Positions 1 to 7,723 of a stretch of DNA of 64,000 nt are shown here, in pieces; the first letter of the stretch is position 1; every line of letters begins with the position of its first letter. Location: assembly GCA_005792545.1 (NCBI GenBank), contig SXRM01000319.1, forward strand, positions 696 to 64,695, in the 5' to 3' direction. Both the position numbers and the translations under genes were made by a program. The stretch is from Pseudomonadota bacterium. Lineage in GTDB: Bacteria; Myxococcota_A; UBA9042. The notes under the pieces were generated by a model, which was not told the DNA's origin, made no database searches, and saw only the letters and a list, made by a program, of their open reading frames with translations.

Positions 1-1
1 C

Positions 2-1063
2 TACGACGCTGGCCAGGGTCTAGTTGCGCGCGAGCTGGCAGTAGGCGCTAGCGCCACGGAGCAAACGCTTCCACTAGAAGGCGGCGCTCGGGCCGACACG
101 TTGCAGTGCGGGTCCGGTGGCCAGGCGTTCTGGCTGTCGCTAGGCCGGGGCCAGGCGATGGCCGTTGTCACCAAAGCCGGTGTGCGCCGCGTGCAAAGCC
201 GTGCTTCGGTACTTGGCCTCGCTGCCCAAACGGACGGATCCGCGGTCATCGTGGCTGCCACGGCCGACTCTCGCAAAGTCGAACTGGTCAGGCTAAGCGC
301 GCAGCTGGAGCCAATGTGGCAGCGCGAGCTGCCGACGCCCGGCGACGTCACCGCAGTTGCGACGACGCTGCGCGACGACGTGGTCCTCGTTGGTCGCAAG
401 CCCACGGGCGTTGCAAGCACCTGGTGGCTACTGCGCGCCGGTCAGCGTGACGGCCTGCAGGCGTGGACGCGCGAACTGGACCCGACCGTGGCGCCGTCGC
501 GGTTTGCCTTGGTAGGCGCGACCCAAAGTCCCACTGGCGTGCTGCTCGCGTTCGAATCGCAGGCGCCGGCGCAGTCCAAGTCGTCGCAAGGTTGGGCACT
601 GCTGCACGTCGATGCCAATGGTACGGTGGGCGCGCGGTCGGTCGTGCCGCAGCGCGCGCCCCGGCTGGTCGTCGCCGGCAGCGAAACGGCCGCAATATGG
701 GCCCAAGAACGGGGCGCGGGCCTGATCCTGGAGCGTGCAGTGGGCTACGGCCTGGTGGATTCGGCGACAGCGCCCTGGCCTGGCCCCGAAACCCCGCTGG
801 GCCTTGCGGTCGCGCGGGACGGCGCGTGGTGGGCCATTTCGGCGGGCTCCCACCCAGCTGGCGACGTTTGGACCCTCTTAGCAACGCGAATGGTCGCCGT
901 GGCACCCGCAGCTGCGCCCGGACCGGATCCGGCGTGCGTGGCCAGGTGGGCCGTCGCCAGCGCCCAAAAAGGCACGGACATCAACGTTGCGCTGGAAGAC
1001 GGTTCACCGTGCGGCCCAGCGGCGGTGTGCCGTTCGGGCCAGTGCCGTCCGGTAGGCCGCTAG
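2..1063 (+). CDS. hypothetical protein, 5' end outside window
   Basis: The frame is open from nt 2, with no in-frame stop before the listed TTG at 101. Stop TAG at 1061-1063. GC3-rich codon usage. No recognisable family. C-terminal CGPAAVCRSGQC motif. Confidence 0.45.
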   Translation, partial: YDAGQGLVARELAVGASATEQTLPLEGGARADTLQCGSGGQAFWLSLGRGQAMAVVTKAGVRRVQSRASVLGLAAQTDGSAVIVAATADSRKVELVRLSAQLEPMWQRELPTPGDVTAVATTLRDDVVLVGRKPTGVASTWWLLRAGQRDGLQAWTRELDPTVAPSRFALVGATQSPTGVLLAFESQAPAQSKSSQGWALLHVDANGTVGARSVVPQRAPRLVVAGSETAAIWAQERGAGLILERAVGYGLVDSATAPWPGPETPLGLAVARDGAWWAISAGSHPAGDVWTLLATRMVAVAPAAAPGPDPACVARWAVASAQKGTDINVALEDGSPCGPAAVCRSGQCRPVGR

Positions 1064-1084
1064 CGGCCCGGTCGGCGACGTCCG

Positions 1085-1795
1085 ATGCTCGATCCAGCAG
1101 GCGCAGTCGCGGACGCCGTGCGGCTTGAAAACGCAGCACGCAAACAAATTCCGCGCCGATGGCTGTCGTTTGGCGACGCGACTCTGACGCTGCGGCTGGC
1201 CGACCACGTCGACGAAGCGATTCACGCAGAGGTTGTCGCGCTGACCGACGCCATTCGGTCGGCCAATTTGGGGCCGGACGTCGCCGTGGTCCCGGCGTTT
1301 GCGACCCTGGCCGTGCAGTTCGATCCGACCCGGCGCTCGCCCAGGTCGCTGGCCCGCCAATTACCGACGACGGCGACCGCCGCTGCTGCATCCCTTGAAG
1401 CGGTCACGCACGCGGTAGCGGTATCCTACGACGGTGGCGACCTGATGGAGGCCAGCAAGTCGCTCGGCATGGACATCGACGAACTGGTGCGCCTGCACAG
1501 CAAGCCGCCGTACCTGGTGTACGCAACGGGGTTCTTGCCTGGATTCGCCTACCTGGGGATGCTCGATGCACGTCTTAAGCTGCCGCGGCGAGCCAATGTG
1601 CGGCGCCTGCCGGCGGGCGCGGTCATCGCAGCGGGACAGCAGACTGCGATCCTGCCTGCCGACGGGCTGACCGGCTGGCACCACCTGGGTTCGACCAACT
1701 TTGCGCCGCTGGACTGGTCCCGCGCCGCGCCGATGGCATTGCAAGTCGGTGACCGCGTTCGGTTTGAATGCGCCGCGCGCCCCTTCAAGCCCTGA
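1085..1795 (+). CDS. pxpB: 5-oxoprolinase subunit B (PxpB/KipI, allophanate hydrolase subunit 1 family)
   Basis: ATG at 1085. The family-typical block YLVYATGFLPGFAYLGMLDARLKLPRRANVRRLPAGAVIAAGQQTAILP...GWHHLGST is present. The partner subunit gene follows immediately. Confidence 0.8.
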   Translation: MLDPAGAVADAVRLENAARKQIPRRWLSFGDATLTLRLADHVDEAIHAEVVALTDAIRSANLGPDVAVVPAFATLAVQFDPTRRSPRSLARQLPTTATAAAASLEAVTHAVAVSYDGGDLMEASKSLGMDIDELVRLHSKPPYLVYATGFLPGFAYLGMLDARLKLPRRANVRRLPAGAVIAAGQQTAILPADGLTGWHHLGSTNFAPLDWSRAAPMALQVGDRVRFECAARPFKP

Positions 1796-1803
1796 CGGCC
1801 GCA

Positions 1804-2781
1804 ATGGCGATGTCGCTTGAAATCCTCGCTGCTGACGGCCTGGCGACCGTACAGGACCTCAGCCGGCCAGGCCTCGGCCACCTGGGCATCGCGGAATCCG
1901 GCGCGTGCGATCGCGCAAGTCACCGGAAGGCGCAACTGTTGTGCTTCAACGACGTGCAGACGGCTGGTCTGGAGTTGCAGCAGTGCGACCTGCGTGCTCG
2001 GCTGATCGGCGGACCGCGCTTGTGCTCGGTGGTCGGCGACTGCCGGTGGACAGTGGATGGCCGTGTCTGGCCGCCCGGACGGTCGGTGTGGGTTGAAGCG
2101 GGTCAGGAAATTCGAGCTGAGCCGGCCAGCGGCGGCTGCCGAACCTACCTGGCTCTGTCCGGTGGCATCGACGTACCGCGACTCGGCGGCAGCGCGTCGA
2201 CCCATGTTTTCGCCAGGCTTGGCGGCTGGCATGGTCGCGGCTTGCGCGCGGGCGATGCGCTGAAGCTCGGCTTCACGGCGGGCGATTGTCGCGAGTTGAT
2301 GCTCTCCCAGCCCTCGCGATCGCCAGACGGGCAACTGTGCGCAGTATGGACAGCAGCGGCGCGCTTAATTTCGGCGGCCGCGCGGACGCAGCTGGCTAGC
2401 GAGCTGTGGCACGTTGGCGCGCAGAGCGATCGCACGGCAGTTGCGCTGGTCGGAGCGAGGCTGGCGCTCCGCGCAAGTCTGAGCGAGCTTTCGCAGCCGA
2501 CGGCCTGTGGCGCCATTCAGGTCGCGGGCGACGGTACGCCGAGGATCCTGCTGCGGGATCGGCCGACCATCGGTGGCTTTCCCCAAGTGGCCGTGATCGC
2601 GACCACCAGTCTGGACGACGCCGGCCAACTCCGTCCGGGCGACGCCGTCCGCCTGCAGTTCGTGTCGCCGGCACAAGCACGTCGTGCCTTGCGCGAGCGG
2701 CACCAGCTGCAGACGGCTTTGGAAACCTGTCTGGTGCCGGCGTGGCCACCGAGCTCGCGCCAGTTGTTCCAGTTGCTGTGA
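1804..2781 (+). CDS. pxpC: 5-oxoprolinase subunit C (PxpC/KipA, allophanate hydrolase subunit 2 family)
   Basis: ATG at 1804, 8 nt after the pxpB stop; the track's 1768 start would overlap pxpB. N-terminal ATVQDLSRPGLGHLGIAESGACD matches the subunit-2 family signature. Confidence 0.8.
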   Translation: MAMSLEILAADGLATVQDLSRPGLGHLGIAESGACDRASHRKAQLLCFNDVQTAGLELQQCDLRARLIGGPRLCSVVGDCRWTVDGRVWPPGRSVWVEAGQEIRAEPASGGCRTYLALSGGIDVPRLGGSASTHVFARLGGWHGRGLRAGDALKLGFTAGDCRELMLSQPSRSPDGQLCAVWTAAARLISAAARTQLASELWHVGAQSDRTAVALVGARLALRASLSELSQPTACGAIQVAGDGTPRILLRDRPTIGGFPQVAVIATTSLDDAGQLRPGDAVRLQFVSPAQARRALRERHQLQTALETCLVPAWPPSSRQLFQLL

Positions 2782-2793
2782 CGCCGCACGTTG

Positions 2794-2848
2794 CCGTCAT
2801 CGGGCGGGAGCCGTCATCGGGCGGGAGCCGTCATCGGGCGGGAGCCGT
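2794..2848. repeat. 17-bp perfect tandem repeat (CCGTCATCGGGCGGGAG) x3 plus a 4-nt partial copy
   Basis: Read directly: copies at 2794-2810, 2811-2827 and 2828-2844, then CCGT. It lies in the 96-nt gap between the convergent pxpC and Nudix stops. The unit length is not a multiple of 3. Confidence 0.9.
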
Positions 2849-2877
2849 TGGCCGTTGTCTTCGCCTGGGACAGCGCC

Positions 2878-3291
2878 TCACGTGCCCCATTTGGCGACCA
2901 GGCGCTCGATAGCGGCTTGATCGACCGGCGGAAAGCGATAGTCACCGAGTTCGGCCGGGCTCACCCAGCGGAACTCCCAAACCCCAATGCGGCGCGGCGA
3001 ACCGCTCACGATTCGCGCCGGAAAGCTGTGAAAGTCGATGGTATAGCGCTCGTAGTCGGCCACCATGCTGGCTGCCGGCCCCGTGGTCTGCACGACCACG
3101 TCCAGTTCTTCCTGGATTTCGCGGATGAGGGCCGCCTCATCCGTCTCGCCCGGCTCGACCTTGCCTCCGGGAAACTCCCAGAGCAGCGGCAGGGCCGCGT
3201 GGGGCAGTCGCTGGGTGATCAGATAGTTGCCGCGGTCGTCGCAGATCTCTGCGGCAACGACGCGCAGCGTGCGCTTGCTTGGTTCAGGCAT
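2878..3291 (-). CDS. Nudix hydrolase (MutT-like)
   Basis: Nudix box GGKVEPGETDEAALIREIQEELD. I chose the ATG at 3291 (MPEPSKRTLRVV...) because the track's start at 3330 would abut the tRNA. Confidence 0.8.
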   Translation of the reverse strand: MPEPSKRTLRVVAAEICDDRGNYLITQRLPHAALPLLWEFPGGKVEPGETDEAALIREIQEELDVVVQTTGPAASMVADYERYTIDFHSFPARIVSGSPRRIGVWEFRWVSPAELGDYRFPPVDQAAIERLVAKWGT

Positions 3292-3330
3292 TGTGGGCGC
3301 TTGGGTTCGCTGGCCGTGTTGGCAGCACAT

Positions 3331-3427
3331 TGGCGGAAGTGCAGGAGAATCGAACTCCCCCGAGACGCTCTTCGCGCCTCACAACAGTTTTGAAGACTGA
3401 GGGATTCACCAGAACCCGCGCACCTCC
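3331..3427 (-). tRNA. selC: tRNA-Sec (anticodon UCA), 97 nt
   Basis: The reverse complement reads GGAGGTGC-GC-GGGTTC-TGGT-GAATCC-CTCAGT-CTTCAAA-ACTGTT-(23-nt variable arm with GAGGCGC/GCGTCTC stem)-GGGAG-TTCGATT-CTCCT-GCACTTCC-G-CCA. Acceptor stem is 8 bp and T stem 5 bp (bacterial 8/5 Sec architecture). D stem is 6 bp with a 4-nt loop. Anticodon loop is CU-UCA-AA and the 3' end is ...CTTCCGCCA as in E. coli selC. Caveat: the anticodon stem has only 4 Watson-Crick pairs plus two mismatches at its base. Confidence 0.85.
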
Positions 3428-3557
3428 AGCGCTACGATGCAGCGCCGCAGGGCCGGTCGTCAAGCAGGCGCCGCGGAAACTGTCGTCGCAGGCGAACCGT
3501 GGTACGCTGGTCAGCCGGGCGGGTCCGCCACACAAGGTCACCGTGGTCGCAACACGC

Positions 3558-4823
3558 ATGAGCCCGTTCACGCCCGAAAAGACCCGGCTGGTCGTAGTGC
3601 TGGTCGGCCTGCCCGCCCGCGGCAAGACCCACATCGGCCGCAAGATGGCCCGCTATTTGAATTGGTTGGGGTTTGTCACCCGCGCCTTCAATATTGGCGA
3701 CTATCGGCGGACACGGCTGGGCCGCCACCACCGTCACGACTTCTTCAATCCAACCAATGAAGAGGGCAACCGGCTGCGCAACGAGCTGGCGACGTTGGCA
3801 CTGGAAGACCTGGTGGCCTGGATGCGCAGTGGCGGCCAGGTCGGTATCTATGACGCCACCAATACCACGACGGCACGTCGGCGGGTGGTGTACGACCGTT
3901 GTTCGCAGATGGGTCTGGACGTGGTGTTTGTCGAGTCGGTATGCGAGGACCCTGCGATCATCGAGTCCAACATTCGCGAGACCAAGCTGACTTCGCCGGA
4001 CTACGAGGGCGTGGACCCGGACGAGGCCGCGCGCGACTTCCGCGCCCGCATCGACCACTACACGCGCGCCTACGAGCCGGTCCACGAAGAGAATTACAGC
4101 TACATCAAGCTCATCGACGTCGGCCGCGTCATCGTGATGCACCAGATCCAGGGCTACGTGACCGGCAAGCTTGTGCACTTCTTGATGAACATGCACCTGG
4201 TACGGCGCCCGATTTGGCTGACCCGCCACGGCGAGTCCGAGTTCAACGTTCAGGGGCGCATCGGCGGCGACAGTCCGCTGACGTCCAACGGCCGCCACTA
4301 TGCCCGGGCGCTGGCGTCGTTCGTGCGCGAACACGCGATTCGGCCGCCGACAGTGTGGACGAGCACGCTGCGCAGAACCGTCGAGACAGCACGCGAGCTG
4401 CACCTGCCGTTCATGCCGTGGCGGGCGCTCGACGAGATCGACGGCGGTGTCTGTGACGGCATGACCTACGCCGAGATCGCGGAGCGCATGCCGGAAGAAT
4501 ACGCAGCGCGGCAGGCCGACAAGCTCAACTACCGCTATCCGCGCGGGGAGAGTTACGTCGATGTCACCCAGCGCTTGGAGCCGGTGATTCTGGAGCTGGA
4601 ACGCGAGCGCGAGCCGGTGCTGGTGGTCGGCCACCAGGCCGTGTTGCGGGTGCTGTACGCCTATTTCACCGATCGCCGGCCAGAGCAGGTGCTGCGCCAC
4701 GATGTGCCGATCCACACCGTCATTGAGCTGACGCCTGGCCCGTACGCTTTTACCGAACGCCGGTTTGCGCTGGAGTTGTCGGGCGCCGACCTCGCCGACA
4801 TCGGCGACGCGATGCGCGACTGA
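3558..4823 (+). CDS. bifunctional 6-phosphofructo-2-kinase / fructose-2,6-bisphosphatase-like protein (eukaryote-type PFKFB architecture)
   Basis: ATG at 3558 (MSPFTPEKTRLVVVLVGLPARGKTHIGRKMARYLNWLGFVTRAFNIGDYRR). This is the 6PF2K P-loop block almost as in animal PFKFB. The C-terminal half carries the histidine-phosphatase RHGESEFNVQGRIGGDSPLT motif. Confidence 0.8.
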   Translation: MSPFTPEKTRLVVVLVGLPARGKTHIGRKMARYLNWLGFVTRAFNIGDYRRTRLGRHHRHDFFNPTNEEGNRLRNELATLALEDLVAWMRSGGQVGIYDATNTTTARRRVVYDRCSQMGLDVVFVESVCEDPAIIESNIRETKLTSPDYEGVDPDEAARDFRARIDHYTRAYEPVHEENYSYIKLIDVGRVIVMHQIQGYVTGKLVHFLMNMHLVRRPIWLTRHGESEFNVQGRIGGDSPLTSNGRHYARALASFVREHAIRPPTVWTSTLRRTVETARELHLPFMPWRALDEIDGGVCDGMTYAEIAERMPEEYAARQADKLNYRYPRGESYVDVTQRLEPVILELEREREPVLVVGHQAVLRVLYAYFTDRRPEQVLRHDVPIHTVIELTPGPYAFTERRFALELSGADLADIGDAMRD

Positions 4824-5042
4824 GCGCCTCTGACCACGCAGGTGGCGCAGTCGCGGTGAACTTTTCACCGGCGTCTGTCAACTGGTAACGGTGGTGTGCG
4901 GCATTGGGCCGCGAAGTACGAAGCAGCTGAAATTGCGTCGGGTGTGGCGCGACATGCCCGGACGAACGATTGTCCTTGCGGTGGGCGACTGGGCGTGCCA
5001 GCGTTTTCACAGTAATTTCGACCGGTGCAAGTGAGGGGTCGC

Positions 5043-5486
5043 ATGGACTGGTATTTCGACCTTGCGGACACGGCCAATGCCGAAACGTGGAGCCAGATGC
5101 AGGCGCTGGCCGTGACCGTCCGGCCGTGCGGTGTAGCGTTGGCGGCGTCGACGCAGCGGCAAGCGGCCTCGGACGTGATGGCCCTTGCGGCAATCCGTTG
5201 GGTTGCTCGCGAGCGGCCAGACTGCTTGGCCGCCTTCGTGGCGGCACTACTCGGTGAGGTAGCCGCAGGCCGTCCCGTGCGCTCACCACAGCATCTGTGC
5301 GATGTGGCCGGCGGCGCCGGGCTCAGCCGCCTCGCCGTGGACGCCGCGGCCGAAGCGGAAGTCTACGGCCACCTGGCCCAATGGCGCGCACTCGGCGGGC
5401 CTGAGTTGCCTTGTCTGGTGCGCGCGGACGGCCACGTGCTGCTGGGCCGCAATCCGCCAGACCACGTCGCGCAATTCGCCGCTTGA
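5043..5486 (+). CDS. hypothetical protein
   Basis: ATG at 5043 preceded by GAGGGG. Codon usage is consistent with neighbouring genes. No recognisable motifs. Confidence 0.4.
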   Translation: MDWYFDLADTANAETWSQMQALAVTVRPCGVALAASTQRQAASDVMALAAIRWVARERPDCLAAFVAALLGEVAAGRPVRSPQHLCDVAGGAGLSRLAVDAAAEAEVYGHLAQWRALGGPELPCLVRADGHVLLGRNPPDHVAQFAA

Positions 5487-5807
5487 GTTGCGCGCGATCA
5501 CGACCGTCGCCGGCCCGGCGTCGCTGCGCCTGCGCTCGATAGTGCGCGACGAGCGATAGGCGTGTGTCGGACTGGCGACTGGCAGCTCGCAACAGTTTCC
5601 TTGTGACTTCAATGCACTTCGCCGACTGCGGCCAAGTCCAGGCTTGCGGGCTTTGGCGGTGTGGAGCGTCAATCCGGCGCAACAACCCCACCGACCACGA
5701 TGGGTGCGGATCGCGCTTTGGGGTCTCCGGCGAGGCGCGCGGAACCAGTGAATACGCATGGCGTTCAGGTTGAACCCGGCGGCTGAAGCCGCAGGCTGAC
5801 TGTACGA

Positions 5808-5834
5808 AGCCCGGCCTGCGCCGGGCTATTTTTC
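5808..5834 (+). terminator. intrinsic (rho-independent) terminator-like hairpin plus T-run
   Basis: AGCCCGGC-CTGC-GCCGGGCT forms a perfect 8-bp stem followed by ATTTTT. T-runs are rare in this sequence. The nearest same-strand stop codon is about 320 nt upstream. Confidence 0.55.
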
Positions 5835-6127
5835 CCTTGTGATGATCTAGCCTTGCGGAGGCAAGGCTTTGCACCCACAGGCCGCGGCTTTAGCCGCCGG
5901 CAGTATTTAGCAGGACCGTGTGGGTACCGTGCCGGCGATCGCCCCCATTTCAGGAACCGCACCCGACCACGATTGCCGAGCTAGCGCTGGTTGTCACGAC
6001 ACCGTAGAATCGGCGCGCCGGCCATGCTGCTGTCCGCCAGAACTCAGGGTCGAACGTCAGATCCCGAGTACCGACAAGCTGAGCGGGTCGCGCGCTGGGA
6101 GCACGGCGCGCCAAAGGATCGATCGGC

Positions 6128-7702
6128 GTGTGGCGGATCTGCTCCCAATGCGGCAACCGAACAGACGCTTTCGTCTGTGACCGCGACCAGAACCCCACTG
6201 AAATTATCCGCGCCGACACCGAGTTTCCTGGTCGCCTGCACCAGGGCGACGTCCTGCTGAACCACTATGTAGTGGCAGATCTGGTCGGCGTAGGTGGCAT
6301 GGGCGCAGTCTACAAGGGTCAGCAGCGCGAGACGCACCAGGCCGTCGCCATCAAGGTGCTGTGGCGCGATCTGGCCGCCGACACCGTCGAGGTCCGGCGC
6401 TTCACCCGCGAGGCGCGAGCGGCAAGCCTGCTTGCGCACCCCAATGTGGTGCGCGTCATCGATTTTGGCAGCGACGCCAAGTCCAAGTCGCTGTTCATCA
6501 TCATGGAGTACCTGGTCGGCGCCAAGCTCAGCGACACCTTGCGCGTCGCGCCGATGCTGGAACCCGCACGCGTCGTGCACATCTGCGCGCAGGTCTGCAA
6601 AGCGCTGGAAGAGGCTCACCGACGCGGCATCATCCACCGCGACGTCAAGCCCGATAACATCTTCTTGCAAGAGGTGGCGGGCGAGCGCGACTTCGCCAAA
6701 ATCCTCGACTTCGGCCTCGCCAAGTTCATTACCGGCGAGTACGAGCGCGATCAGCTGACGCGCAGCGGCTTTGTGGTCGGTTCGCCCGAGTACATGGCGC
6801 CAGAGCAAGCGTCTGGCAGCCCGGTGGGGCCTTCGGCCGACCTGTATTCGCTGGGCGTGGTGCTCTACGAGTGCCTGACCGGTCGGCTGCCCTTTGATGC
6901 CGCAAGCACAGCCGAGGTGCTGCGCAAGCACATTCTAGAAGGCCCACCGCGGCTGATCGGAGAGCCCGGCACCGAGCACATCCCGTTGGCGCTCGAAGAG
7001 GTCGTACTGCGCTGCCTGGCCAAGGATCCGGCCGAGCGACCACCGACGGCCGATACGCTGCGCATCCAGCTTTTGCAGGCGTGTGACCGCCGCAAGGGCG
7101 AGGGCAAGTGGCCGGCGGGTGGTGCGCTGGCCGCGCCGATTCGCGCTCCCGGTTCGCTCGAGGAGGCGGGGCCGGCGCCGCACGCGCCGACGTCTGTGCA
7201 ACTGGATGACGACGGCCGGGCGACCGCGCCGACGGCGGAGCACGTCGTCCACTCGTTGGAACCGACCAGCTGGCCCACCTTGCGCGACAACGAAGTGGTG
7301 GCGACCGGCACTGGAAGTGGCGAATTCCAAGGTGCCGACCAGGATCGCACGCCGCGCGAGCCGATTGCGGCGATGGCACGCGGAGCAGTGCCGGACATCG
7401 CGACCCATAGCCAGACACGGCCCGACATGCCGGTGGCGCCGACCGCACTGGCGGCCGTGGTGCGCGAGGATGCGCTGCCCACCCTGGCGGATATTGCCGA
7501 CGCGGGCCGCACCTCGCGACCGCTTACGGACGCGCTGGATCGCGACTCGACCGACGTGCTAGACACCAGCCTGCGCCCGGGTGCGCAAGGCCGATCGGCG
7601 CCGACGCTAGACCGCGGGCAGGCTGGACCGTCATACTGGCTGTGGGTCGTCGCTGCGGCCGTCGTCATTGCGGCGCTGCTCGTCGTTGCGACCATGAAGT
7701 AG
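6128..7702 (+). CDS. Ser/Thr protein kinase with N-terminal Cys4 ribbon-like motif and C-terminal membrane anchor
   Basis: Kinase motifs GVGGMGAVYKG, AIKVL, HRDVKPDNIFL, DFGLAKF and GSPEYMAPE. N-terminus CSQCGNRTDAFVC. C-terminal hydrophobic segment WLWVVAAAVVIAALLVVA. GTG start; exact start uncertain. Confidence 0.9.
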   Translation: MWRICSQCGNRTDAFVCDRDQNPTEIIRADTEFPGRLHQGDVLLNHYVVADLVGVGGMGAVYKGQQRETHQAVAIKVLWRDLAADTVEVRRFTREARAASLLAHPNVVRVIDFGSDAKSKSLFIIMEYLVGAKLSDTLRVAPMLEPARVVHICAQVCKALEEAHRRGIIHRDVKPDNIFLQEVAGERDFAKILDFGLAKFITGEYERDQLTRSGFVVGSPEYMAPEQASGSPVGPSADLYSLGVVLYECLTGRLPFDAASTAEVLRKHILEGPPRLIGEPGTEHIPLALEEVVLRCLAKDPAERPPTADTLRIQLLQACDRRKGEGKWPAGGALAAPIRAPGSLEEAGPAPHAPTSVQLDDDGRATAPTAEHVVHSLEPTSWPTLRDNEVVATGTGSGEFQGADQDRTPREPIAAMARGAVPDIATHSQTRPDMPVAPTALAAVVREDALPTLADIADAGRTSRPLTDALDRDSTDVLDTSLRPGAQGRSAPTLDRGQAGPSYWLWVVAAAVVIAALLVVATMK

Positions 7703-7723
7703 CCATTCGTGGTTTGGAGACCC

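Noticed and set aside
2794-2848. Possible CRISPR array (also considered for 63583-63678)
   Set aside because: The repeats are directly adjacent with no spacers. The units (17 nt and 6 nt) are far shorter than CRISPR repeats. No cas genes are nearby.
2781-3330. Genomic island integrated at selC
   Set aside because: I looked for a direct repeat of the tRNA 3' end (TTCGATTCTCCTGCACTTCCGCCA or its complement) and for an integrase gene in the window and saw neither. The genes flanking selC have native-looking composition.
3432-4868. 478-aa ORF on the minus strand covering the whole PFK-2/FBPase-2 gene
   Set aside because: It is Arg/Ala/His/Gln-rich with no motifs, and lies exactly antisense to a gene with strong family motifs. 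This is a typical stop-codon-poor shadow frame of GC-rich DNA.
5620-5800. Fragments resembling RNase P RNA conserved blocks (AAGTCCAGGCT, GAACCCGGC)
   Set aside because: The candidate region is too short. It lacks the GGTAAGGGTGAAAGGGTG / AGATGAATG-type conserved regions. I also compared tmRNA, SRP RNA, 6S, and ZTP, glycine and c-di-GMP riboswitch consensus by eye and found no convincing match.
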